Part shown: in pieces, positions 1-7,588 of the stretch
Position numbering within the stretch: position 1 is the first letter of the stretch
How the letters are laid out: every line of letters begins with the position of its first letter
DNA from: a virus
Taxonomy: Duplodnaviria; Caudoviricetes
Strand: one strand, 5' to 3'
Virus record (IMG/VR): IMGVR_UViG_3300005805_000453
Location: 1-25,119 of that record
DNA: 25,119 bases
The notes under the pieces: generated by a model
Told to the model about the DNA's origin: nothing
Seen by the model: only the letters and a program-made list of their open reading frames with translations
Databases searched by the model: none
Made by a program: the position numbers and the translations under genes

Positions 1-11
1 AATAAAAGCTT

Positions 12-374
12 TTAGAAAGTGATTTCCATACTATCTTTATTTATATTAATATTCTTAGCATGGCCAGAGATTTGTACAGAAGTTCCATTGACAATAAACT
101 TATAACTATCTGAATTAATCTCTTTTGAGTTAGATGAAACAACTTGTCCTACAGGTTTATAAGTTGCAGCAGTTACTGTATCTACTGAACCTGTTGGACG
201 CTTACCTTTTACAGAAGGAAAACTCATTCCTTCTGATTTAAAACGGGCCTTATAGTTGTGTACAGATGATATAGCTACATCAAAATGTTTAGCAATATCT
301 TCAGGAGCCACTCCTTGTTGAACCATTTTTTTCATTTGGTTAATCTGTTCCAGTGAAAGACGTTTTTTAGCCAT
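12..374 (-). CDS. Helix-turn-helix DNA-binding protein (candidate excisionase/regulator)
   Basis: N-terminal HTH pattern (QGVAPEDIAKHFDVAISSVHNYKARF); lies across attP from the integrase and is transcribed divergently from it. Confidence 0.65.
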   Translation of the reverse strand: MAKKRLSLEQINQMKKMVQQGVAPEDIAKHFDVAISSVHNYKARFKSEGMSFPSVKGKRPTGSVDTVTAATYKPVGQVVSSNSKEINSDSYKFIVNGTSVQISGHAKNININKDSMEITF

Positions 375-394
375 AATCTACATTTATCGGTTTA

Positions 395-402
395 CAAAAC
401 TA
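395..402 (-). promoter_or_regulatory. Bacteroidota housekeeping-sigma -7 element (TAnnTTTG) upstream of the HTH gene
   Basis: Minus strand reads TAGTTTTG about 20 nt upstream of the ATG at 374; no clear -33 box. Confidence 0.4.
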
Positions 403-449
403 CATCTTTTCACAGGATTGATGGATTTACTTATCTTTAATGTGGTTAT

Positions 450-611
450 TTTGTTAGAGGTCTGACGTAACTATTTGATAATCATATATTTTATCTGCCT
501 TACAAGCAGAGGGTCGGCGGTTCGATCCCGTCAACTCCCACTGAAAATCAGATAGTTACAAGCAAATTAGAGGTAAATACCCTCTAACACCTCTAACAAA
601 TTTGTTAGACC
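450..611. repeat. Inverted/direct repeats flanking the attP core (candidate integrase arm and accessory-factor sites)
   Basis: TTTGTTAGAGGT (450-461) is a perfect inverted repeat of ACCTCTAACAAA (589-600). Further copies: TTAGAGG 567-573, CCTCTAA 581-587, TTTGTTAGAC 601-610. GTAACTATTTGATAATCA (467-484) is an imperfect inverted repeat of TGAAAATCAGATAGTTAC (542-559). Confidence 0.7.
493..541 (+). other. attP core: 3' fragment of tRNA-Val(TAC)
   Basis: Anticodon arm TCTGC-CTTACAA-GCAGA, variable loop GGGTC, T-arm GGCGG-TTCGATC-CCGTC and acceptor 3' strand AACTCCC-A are present. The 5' acceptor strand and D-arm are absent. Lies about 90 bp upstream of the integrase. Confidence 0.85.
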
Positions 612-632
612 CTAGCTTGTAACTATTTTTTT

Positions 633-1727
633 ATGCATATAGTACCACATGTTGTCCCTTCAGATTGGCGTACAAACCCTAAAAGTATTAAAAAACCTTG
701 GTACATCTGGTACCGCATAGGCTCTAAGCTTATAAATATAAGAGGTATGAATCATCTTAAGGATCATGCTGAAAGAGTAGCTTGTACCCAAAACTTAATA
801 GATAACATAGTACCTCCTACTTCTAGCTGGGTTAAAGAAACTTCTGATACAAATGCTATTACTCTTCCTAGAGCTTTACAATATGCTTATGAGAAAGTAA
901 GAGTATCTGAAAAAACACTACAGTGTATAGCAAGCACTATAAAATATGTTACACAGGTCATTGATTTCTTAGGATATAAGTTTATGCCTGTTAAAGAAAT
1001 CAGCCGTAAACATATAAGATCTATTCTGGATGAATGTGAAAAACATAGGAAATTTTCAGCCAGAAGCTGGAATGCTTACCGTACTTATCTATACATTTTA
1101 TTTGAAGAACTTAAAGAACATGAAATAATAAACAGTAACCCTGTTAAAGATGTCAGTAAAAGAGAAGAAGAACAGTCTATCCGAGAGCTATTAACTGATA
1201 AACAAAGAAAGCTTTTGGTAGAGTATTTAACTGAAACAGATCCTATATTCTTAAGATTCATACAAATATTTTTTCATTCCGGTGCCAGACGTTCTGAGCT
1301 ATTAAGCTTACGTATAGAACAAGTCTATCTAGAAAAATCATACTACCAAGTCTATGTTAAAAAGGGGCGTAAAAAACGCTGGGTAACTAAAGTCATTAAA
1401 GACATAGCTATGCCGTATTGGAGGGAACAGATTGGTAGTAATATATCTGGATATGTATTTTCTGTTGGTTTATTACCCGGGACTAAAAAAATAAGAGACG
1501 AGCAAGTTACACGTAGATGGAAACGCCACGTTAAAGATAAGTTAGGTATAACAGCAGATTTGTATAGTCTTAAACATTTAAATACTGATGAGATGTCAGA
1601 ACAACTATCTCTTGCAGAGGCAGCTAAACATAATTCTCATAGTATTCAAATGGCTAGAAAACATTATGCTGTTAATGAAAGTATACGTGAGATGAATAGA
1701 GTAAAGAAACTTAAGAACCAGCTTTAA
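633..1727 (+). CDS. int: Tyrosine recombinase / phage integrase
   Basis: Box I HSGARRSELLSL, catalytic K region VKKGRK, box II variant LYSLKH...HNSH...RKHYA; core-binding domain with SARSWNAYRTYL and NPV; adjacent to the tRNA fragment. Confidence 0.9.
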   Translation: MHIVPHVVPSDWRTNPKSIKKPWYIWYRIGSKLINIRGMNHLKDHAERVACTQNLIDNIVPPTSSWVKETSDTNAITLPRALQYAYEKVRVSEKTLQCIASTIKYVTQVIDFLGYKFMPVKEISRKHIRSILDECEKHRKFSARSWNAYRTYLYILFEELKEHEIINSNPVKDVSKREEEQSIRELLTDKQRKLLVEYLTETDPIFLRFIQIFFHSGARRSELLSLRIEQVYLEKSYYQVYVKKGRKKRWVTKVIKDIAMPYWREQIGSNISGYVFSVGLLPGTKKIRDEQVTRRWKRHVKDKLGITADLYSLKHLNTDEMSEQLSLAEAAKHNSHSIQMARKHYAVNESIREMNRVKKLKNQL

Positions 1728-2250
1728 ACTTTTTAAGCAGTCCTGTAAATCTACCTCCCCAATCACTAGCTTCTTTCATGTCTTTTTCTATAAGTTCAAC
1801 GTGATCGACTATATCACCGTCTTCAGTAACTTGTTTACCGTTACGTTTGATATCGTAGACAAGCATCTCACTTTTATTCTCAAAGTCCATGTTGACCATA
1901 AGGATCTCGCCATCTATGGGTATTGTTTTCCAGTTATCTGGAACACCTTCTTCTTTACCTGCAGTTCTTACCCAAGCTTCAGAGGTCCACGCTACACCGT
2001 AAGGGTCAAAATCTATACGAATCTTCTCAGCAATCTTTGGAAGAATAGTATCAACAAACTTATCTTTTAACTCTTCTGATTTCATTAGTTCATCAGGTAT
2101 AGGTATGTGTATGATAGCATCTTCTTCTTGTCTTTTACTTTTGCCATATACAGTAAGATGAGGAAATATTCCTCCCATATCTGTCATGTAATTCTTAACA
2201 TGATCTACATGTCTAGTTTTAATTTCTTGGTACTTTTCTTCTGTAACCAT
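1711..2250 (-). CDS. Hypothetical phage protein
   Basis: Long ORF; likely start is the ATG at 2250 (MVTEEKY) after an A-rich leader. Confidence 0.7.
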   Translation of the reverse strand: MVTEEKYQEIKTRHVDHVKNYMTDMGGIFPHLTVYGKSKRQEEDAIIHIPIPDELMKSEELKDKFVDTILPKIAEKIRIDFDPYGVAWTSEAWVRTAGKEEGVPDNWKTIPIDGEILMVNMDFENKSEMLVYDIKRNGKQVTEDGDIVDHVELIEKDMKEASDWGGRFTGLLKKFKAGS

Positions 2251-2261
2251 AGTTTTTAGTT

Positions 2262-2846
2262 TTAATCCCACCAGTGATTTATTTTGTAATACAGTAACTT
2301 CCAGAAAATACGTTCACACTTTTGTTGATTATACTCTGATACTCTTAGTGCTAGTTTTTCTGTTTGTGATACTTTTAGTTTATACTTTTTACGAAGTTTC
2401 TTGGCTGTACGTTTATACTTAGCCAGGTATTCATCTAGATGATCTTCTAGAATTGTTTCTTCCATGGTGAGGTAATCACCGGTTGCATCTGCAGGTTTCC
2501 AGTCATATGATTTTTGGATATAGTCATACATCTCTATTTCATAATAACCATATCTCATACGCTCTAAAAGATTTAGAGCTAGAGTAATGTCTTTATTGAC
2601 AGCTTCTACGCCAACAAATCTGTTTGCGTTTACTAATTCTTCTCTGGTAAACTCAAGCTTTTTCTGAAGAATATCAGTTATAAAAGAATGGTCCCAGTGT
2701 CTGTCACGATAGATGGTAGGTGTCCATCTAATAATGTTACTTAGTCCTTGTAAGAACTGTTTAAGCCATATGGGTACATAACGTAACCATTTGTTTCTAC
2801 TCCAGGCTGAATCTTTAGGAACCGGGAGCTGTTTGTAATGTCTCAT
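2262..2846 (-). CDS. Hypothetical phage protein (WxPxIxxDRxWD...WWD type)
   Basis: 194-aa ORF with Trp-rich motifs often seen in phage hypothetical proteins. Confidence 0.75.
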   Translation of the reverse strand: MRHYKQLPVPKDSAWSRNKWLRYVPIWLKQFLQGLSNIIRWTPTIYRDRHWDHSFITDILQKKLEFTREELVNANRFVGVEAVNKDITLALNLLERMRYGYYEIEMYDYIQKSYDWKPADATGDYLTMEETILEDHLDEYLAKYKRTAKKLRKKYKLKVSQTEKLALRVSEYNQQKCERIFWKLLYYKINHWWD

Positions 2847-2997
2847 CCGGATTAGGTTTACTGTCTAGATAAACTGGTGTTTCACAGGTTTCACCTTGAC
2901 AACATGGTTGGATATTATTTTTACAGACACTGCATTGTACATGTCCGTGAACATCTACTGGAACGTAGGGTTGATTACAGATTGGGCATAAACTCAT
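2815..2997 (-). CDS. Small Cys/His-rich putative zinc-ribbon protein
   Basis: CPIC...HGH..CSVC...PCCQGETC in 60 aa. Confidence 0.6.
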   Translation of the reverse strand: MSLCPICNQPYVPVDVHGHVQCSVCKNNIQPCCQGETCETPVYLDSKPNPDETLQTAPGS

Positions 2998-3000
2998 AAG

Positions 3001-3108
3001 TCAAATAAATTTTAGAACAAGTAAAGTCACAAGAAGTAATACAGCTGACCAGAAGAATAACTTCTCACTAGATTTTACTTGATCAGAACGTCTTCCTTGG
3101 TTTTCCAT
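3001..3108 (-). CDS. Small single-TM membrane protein (35 aa)
   Basis: MENQGRRSDQVKSSEKLFFWSAVLLLVTLLVLKFI; the longer 3246 start would overlap the tmRNA. Confidence 0.55.
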   Translation of the reverse strand: MENQGRRSDQVKSSEKLFFWSAVLLLVTLLVLKFI

Positions 3109-3121
3109 AGGATAATAGATT

Positions 3122-3156
3122 AAAATAAAAACCCAGGGCGTAGAAACGCCCCGGTA
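3122..3156 (-). terminator. Intrinsic terminator downstream of tmRNA
   Basis: Minus strand CCGGGGCGT-TTCT-ACGCCCTGG followed by GTTTTTATTTT. Confidence 0.65.
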
Positions 3157-3186
3157 ACGATTGCTTGCTTGCCTTTTTAAGGGCAG

Positions 3187-3826
3187 TGGAGGTGAAGGGA
3201 GTCGAACCCTTGTCCAATAATGAAGTCTGTACATACAGCTTCTCACATGCTTAGTACTGTATTGCTACTGCACCGTAAGTTTTGATCTGATAGGCCCGGA
3301 CATGTAGGCTATGGGGTTCTTCACCTTGAGCTTAATGGGTGTCATAGCGGTTTTATCTACTGTACACCTTTTCTTCACCATCTGATCAGTATCTGGTTTT
3401 ACGACTTCCAGCAAAACTTTTGAATGTCAACACGCCATCAGTATCCGGTAGCATAACTACCATCATAGGACTTTGTACCATTCAGCTTGACATGTCGGGA
3501 GCAACTGGAAAGATTTACGTTTTGGGAACATAGTTCTTAATACGAAGGCTAACTCTGTTTATAGCTCCTTTCTCCTGGGCCTATCCAGGGTTCCAACCTT
3601 AAGGCATGTCGGTTTACTATTTTCTGTTGCCAGGGATAGATCCCCCGTAGGTTAGGCAGCAACGGCTACTTCACCGAAGATAGAAGCCAAGATGGCCTCA
3701 CCTTCTGCTACACGCTCAGACTGAGTCATTGCGTTTATTAGTTGATTCCGAGATTAAAGTGGTTGGAGAACCATCCCACTGCATGTGTACATACCACTCA
3801 CACTACTGTCAAAACCAGGCACCCCC
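3187..3826 (-). ncRNA. ssrA: tmRNA, unusually long (640 nt)
   Basis: 5' GGGGGTGCCTGGTTTTGAC and 3' GGACAAGGG-TTCGACT-CCCTT-CACCTCC-A. The acceptor stem has G3:U70 and discriminator A. Helix 2 ACATGC/GCATGT. Internal tag ORF ends in AVAA*. CCA is not encoded. Confidence 0.93.
3652..3732 (-). CDS. tmRNA tag reading frame AMTQSERVAEGEAILASIFGEVAVAA*
   Basis: Resume codon GCA after ATAAAC; 26 codons ending Ala-Ala-TAA. Confidence 0.8.
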   Translation of the reverse strand, partial: AMTQSERVAEGEAILASIFGEVAVAA

Positions 3827-3908
3827 AGTTTAGTATACTTGTGATGCATACCAGATCCCATCTGTTTAACGCCACAGATACGGTAACACGGCATCTAGTT
3901 AAAGTCTA

Positions 3909-4145
3909 TCAGCTAGACTGTTTCTTAGATTTTTTATATGACTGTTTACCAGTTTCCTGATAAGCCTCATTTAATACTACAATTGCTTCTATAAGCAACC
4001 GGTTAATCTTTTTATGCTTTCTACTTATTGGATGTTGTACCATATGATCATTGATAGTTTCCATAGTAATATGAATTCTATCCATCATCTCATGATAGTG
4101 ACCATCGTTTACTTTATCCTTCATACTTACAAGTTTATAGTCCAT
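3909..4145 (-). CDS. Hypothetical protein
   Basis: ORF 3909-4163; ATG at 4145 (MDYKLVSM) is the likely start. Confidence 0.55.
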   Translation of the reverse strand: MDYKLVSMKDKVNDGHYHEMMDRIHITMETINDHMVQHPISRKHKKINRLLIEAIVVLNEAYQETGKQSYKKSKKQSS

Positions 4146-4164
4146 CTCAGGGACTGCTTTCAAG

Positions 4165-4370
4165 ATTCCGTTGGACGTGCTACTTCATATTGTAAGATCA
4201 ACTTCTGCAGAGGTAGCTTACAGATACTACTAGAGGAGGTCGCTTGGAGACTTACTTACAGGCTCCTGAGATCAGACTATATCCATTTTTCTAACCATAC
4301 TGAACTATCGTAGCAAACCAATGCTGGACGAGGTCCTCTGACTTACTCGGTGTTACTATAATCAGTGCAG
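4165..4370 (-). ncRNA. Candidate structured ncRNA with two AG-TAA-GTC-loop-GAC-CT bulged hairpins
   Basis: No minus-strand ORF. CGAG-TAA-GTC-AGAG-GAC-CTCG and AG-TAA-GTC-TCCAAGC-GAC-CT; complementary pairs TGCTAC/GTAGCA and TGTAAG/CTTACA. Confidence 0.35.
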
Positions 4371-4658
4371 TTATTTTAAGAGGATGGTAATTTTAGTTTT
4401 ACCTCTACCTCTGTTAATTCTTTTAATGATTCCACTTGTTTCTAAAGATTTCAGAGATCTGATAACTGTAGAAGAACTGGTATTTAGCTCGGAAGCTGTC
4501 TTGTACACACTTACAGTAGTCTGATTTGTTTGACTATCTGCAAAAATGCACAGGTATGCATACACCGCTTTATCCCGCATCGGCAGGTTAGGATCTCTCA
4601 TAACAGAGCTACTGCATTGACCAAATCCGTCTCGTAATCTTGGGTTAAAGATAGGCAT
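4371..4658 (-). CDS. Winged helix-turn-helix protein (HTH_36-like)
   Basis: DPNLPMRDKAVYAYL...SVYKTASELNTSSSTVIRSLKSLETSGIIKR. Confidence 0.8.
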   Translation of the reverse strand: MPIFNPRLRDGFGQCSSSVMRDPNLPMRDKAVYAYLCIFADSQTNQTTVSVYKTASELNTSSSTVIRSLKSLETSGIIKRINRGRGKTKITILLK

Positions 4659-4695
4659 ATTGTAGAGCTAAATTAGAGAACTTTTCTAACTTCTA

Positions 4696-4740
4696 CAAAA
4701 AAAATGTACCGGAAGCCCCAAAATATTGAGGCCCCGGTAC
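4696..4740 (-). terminator. Intrinsic terminator
   Basis: GTACCGGGGCCTCAA...TTGGGGCTTCCGGTAC hairpin followed by a T-run on the minus strand. Confidence 0.6.
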
Positions 4741-4749
4741 TTACCAACC

Positions 4750-5319
4750 CTAATCCTCATCGTTTAGTATGTTCTTCAGGAGGTCATCTATATCTAAATC
4801 TGTAGACTTACACCACCTGTTAAGCATGTTCATATAGGTATCAAAGTTGTAGTGACTATTACTTACAAACTCACACCTTTTAATCATGCTTTTACGGTCA
4901 ATTTGATCTATAAGATCATCTTCATCTTCTTTGTCTTCCTTATTATGCAGTTTCTCTAAAAGATCAAAGAGCTTAATCTTTAAAAAGTCTTCTTTGTCTA
5001 CTCTTTTTTCTTTCAGTGCCTGATACATACCAACACTTTGTGATGCTGTTCTTTGTGCAGAACTGAAAATAAGAAGAGTATATTCATACTCTAAGGGATC
5101 TTTAATTAGACGCAGGCAACGTTGAAGGTCACCAGTTACTGTACGCAACTCTTTTGGAGCGTCATCTTCATCTTCAAATAGTTCATTTCTTTGAAGGGCG
5201 TTAGCTATTGTAGAGAAGAATATTCTTTCTCTACATTTTGTACGAGAGTTTTCTGAAACTCCCAATGCTTCATGAAAGCTATCAAGCTCATGATTAAGTT
5301 CGTTGGTAGCTAGTACCAT
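4750..5319 (-). CDS. Hypothetical acidic protein
   Basis: Long ORF; likely ATG at 5319 (MVLATNEL). Confidence 0.7.
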   Translation of the reverse strand: MVLATNELNHELDSFHEALGVSENSRTKCRERIFFSTIANALQRNELFEDEDDAPKELRTVTGDLQRCLRLIKDPLEYEYTLLIFSSAQRTASQSVGMYQALKEKRVDKEDFLKIKLFDLLEKLHNKEDKEDEDDLIDQIDRKSMIKRCEFVSNSHYNFDTYMNMLNRWCKSTDLDIDDLLKNILNDED

Positions 5320-5612
5320 AAAATAAGTTTTTAGATTAGGTGAAAAAATAACCAGCTTCACGTACTGGTTGTGACCGGAGGGTTTTCCTACATCTGAATA
5401 GCTAAACTATTAGGTTCGGTATTGTATGTGCTACTGACAAAATACTGGCTAATATGGACACAGTCCAAGGCAGTATGAGTTTTTGGCTTACCCCCATTAC
5501 GACAGCCATAGAGTATACACCACAGATCAGTTTGTGGTTTCATCCTCTTCATCTGTTGTAGCTCATAGTTGATCAGGCTTGATACTAAGGTTTGGCTAAG
5601 AGCGTAGCCATT

Positions 5613-6095
5613 CTAGTTTGCACTAGACTCACCGAGTTTAAGCTGTCTTATAAGTGACAGCTGTGTACGTTTAAGTTTAATAAGATCTTGTGGTATATCT
5701 GAGGCTTTTATTGATTTATCACCAAACTGATGTTTAATCATGTTACGCACAATACCATCTGTTAATTTAGCTATTCTTTCTCTAGTTTTTGCATTAATAG
5801 CCTCTTTAATTTCTGGTTTTTTGTTACGTAGTTTATGATAAGAAAGTCTAGTATTTCTGTTTTTACAATAATATTTTTTACTAGCCTCCTTACATTTATC
5901 AGAATTTTTTTCAGCCCAGCTTTTTTGTTGGATATATATCTTTTTATAGTTTAGTGTACGTCTTTTTCTTTCGTTATCTAAACGTTTATTAGAACAGTAT
6001 ATCTTTTTTATTTTACCATTTTCATGATATAGTACATCCCATCTGATACCACCACAGTGCGGACAGATCTTATCAGGAATATCTATTGTAGGCAT
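5613..6095 (-). CDS. Basic hypothetical protein with N-terminal CPHC zinc knuckle
   Basis: CPHCGG motif, K/R-rich helical middle, C-terminal IPQDLIKLKRTQLSLIRQL; probably binds nucleic acid. Confidence 0.7.
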   Translation of the reverse strand: MPTIDIPDKICPHCGGIRWDVLYHENGKIKKIYCSNKRLDNERKRRTLNYKKIYIQQKSWAEKNSDKCKEASKKYYCKNRNTRLSYHKLRNKKPEIKEAINAKTRERIAKLTDGIVRNMIKHQFGDKSIKASDIPQDLIKLKRTQLSLIRQLKLGESSAN

Positions 6096-6098
6096 ACA

Positions 6099-6314
6099 TT
6101 ATCCCTCCAGAAATAATACTTCAGCTGGCTGACCAGTTAACTTTTTATAGATTAGCTGTGTCTTGGCTGCATTAATAGCAGTTGAGTAAGCACTAACAGC
6201 ACCTTGTGCTGCTTTAAGATCAGCTGTTTGATCAAAGTTGTCTTTAAGCTTATCACCAATATTTTGACAAGCTTCTCTTACATCATTAATAGTATAAGTT
6301 TTTGTCTTAGGCAT
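6099..6314 (-). CDS. Hypothetical protein
   Basis: 71-aa ORF tightly packed in the operon. Confidence 0.7.
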   Translation of the reverse strand: MPKTKTYTINDVREACQNIGDKLKDNFDQTADLKAAQGAVSAYSTAINAAKTQLIYKKLTGQPAEVLFLEG

Positions 6315-6317
6315 AGA

Positions 6318-6695
6318 TTAATTATTTAAGATGTGAAGATTGTTATTATGATCAACAACAAGACGAGCCATAGTTTCCTTATGGATCTGAACAGTAAAGT
6401 CTTTAAAATATACTGTACGATATTCAATTACTGGTGTATTCTTATCCTTTACAGTATTTGGAATAAGATCAGTAATATTTACATCTACAACCTTTTTGCT
6501 TTTGTAGTACTGCTTGATAGATTTTGATAATGCAGTTTCAGGTAACAGACCTTCTTTTCTAAGTGTAGAAACGGTCATGTATACATCATGTGGATTCTTA
6601 AACTTATACTTCTGAGCTAATTTTTTAGCTGTAAACTTTTTAGACTTGTAGTCTGAGATAAAGTTTTCTTTTACGGATTGAAGTGGGAATTTCAT
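6318..6695 (-). CDS. Putative HTH DNA-binding protein
   Basis: FTAKKLAQKYKFKNPHDVYMTVSTLRKEG HTH-like N-terminus. Confidence 0.55.
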   Translation of the reverse strand: MKFPLQSVKENFISDYKSKKFTAKKLAQKYKFKNPHDVYMTVSTLRKEGLLPETALSKSIKQYYKSKKVVDVNITDLIPNTVKDKNTPVIEYRTVYFKDFTVQIHKETMARLVVDHNNNLHILNN

Positions 6696-6716
6696 TTGGA
6701 TTTAGATTTGGATTTT

Positions 6717-7316
6717 TTAATTATTAAAAACATAGAGAGACATAGGAGCTAAGCTTCCTTGATTTTGATACTTAAGTATCTTACTCAAGGAAAAGTTTGG
6801 GTGTATAATACGACCCATTTTAACTAACATCTTTGGAAATACATCATATCTAAAGTGATTAATGTCTGTACAGTTGTACATTTCGGTAAATATTTTACCT
6901 CTTTGTTCACGATGTGATGATAGAGTAAATGCAAAGACGCAGTTTTTCTTGAGTGATGTTTGGACAGCTGAGATAAGATTATACAGGTTGCTTGTACTTA
7001 GGTTGCCGCATAGGTCTAACCATATAACATCGTACGTGTTTGGGTTTGCCTGTAACTTATCGAAGATATCACCACACTCATAGTTTACCTTACAAGGTAA
7101 TTTATCTTTTACCTGACGGTATAACACACGGTCTATCTCCATACAATCAATTGTTGCATTAGGATAGCGTTTGAGTACCATCTGTTCAAAGATGAAGTTA
7201 TCTGCCGGCAGTGTTAACAACCGGGGTTTTCTTTTCTTTAACCTAGGAATCTGATCCAGGATATACTGCCTAGTTTTGTGTTTTTCTTGGGAGTCATGTA
7301 CTGTAAATCTTCCCAT
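6717..7316 (-). CDS. Class I SAM-dependent methyltransferase-like protein
   Basis: Rossmann-fold motifs LLTLPA, IDCMEID, GDIF, YDVIWLDLCG; the Gly-rich motif I is degenerate. Confidence 0.65.
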   Translation of the reverse strand: MGRFTVHDSQEKHKTRQYILDQIPRLKKRKPRLLTLPADNFIFEQMVLKRYPNATIDCMEIDRVLYRQVKDKLPCKVNYECGDIFDKLQANPNTYDVIWLDLCGNLSTSNLYNLISAVQTSLKKNCVFAFTLSSHREQRGKIFTEMYNCTDINHFRYDVFPKMLVKMGRIIHPNFSLSKILKYQNQGSLAPMSLYVFNN

Positions 7317-7408
7317 AAGATTTAGAATTTGGGTTAGAGATAAAAAGACGGTTTAAAGCTTACCGTAAACTGCCAGTTGTGTAAAGTTCAACTGGTCAAA
7401 GCCCTATA

Positions 7409-7579
7409 TTAGAAGTGAACCGCATGTTTACCATGCAGCATAGAAACCCTGAATTCATTTACCCAGTCTTGATAAGCTGGTTGGTTTTCAGGATAGGTGG
7501 ATTTAAAGCTAACAAGTAGCTTCTGGTTTTCACAGGAGGTTGGCTTTATAAAACCGAACCAAAGAAGGATCTGTTTCAT
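7409..7579 (-). CDS. Small hypothetical protein (56 aa, not in ORF track)
   Basis: MKQILLWFGFIKPTSCENQKLLVSFKSTYPENQPAYQDWVNEFRVSMLHGKHAVHF; starts 10 nt after the previous stop. Confidence 0.6.
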   Translation of the reverse strand: MKQILLWFGFIKPTSCENQKLLVSFKSTYPENQPAYQDWVNEFRVSMLHGKHAVHF

Positions 7580-7588
7580 ATATTAGAT

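Noticed and set aside
470-541. Functional full-length tRNA-Val gene
   Set aside because: The 5' acceptor strand and D-arm are missing (upstream is AT-rich repeat sequence); better explained as an attP core
3260-3620. Group I intron explaining the tmRNA length
   Set aside because: No recognisable P7 pair (GACTA/TAGTC-type) was found, and the T-loop is uninterrupted
3001-3960. Track ORFs 3001-3246 (5' part) and 3742-3960
   Set aside because: They overlap the tmRNA; only the 35-aa 3' part of the first is plausible
4270-4290. Group I intron S-like sequence GATATAGTCTG on the minus strand
   Set aside because: No matching upstream R/P7 strand and no interrupted gene
5515-5560. Hammerhead-like core on the minus strand (CAGATGA...GAAAC)
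   Set aside because: The core reads CAGA not CUGA, there is no stem II, and the triplet would be GUG
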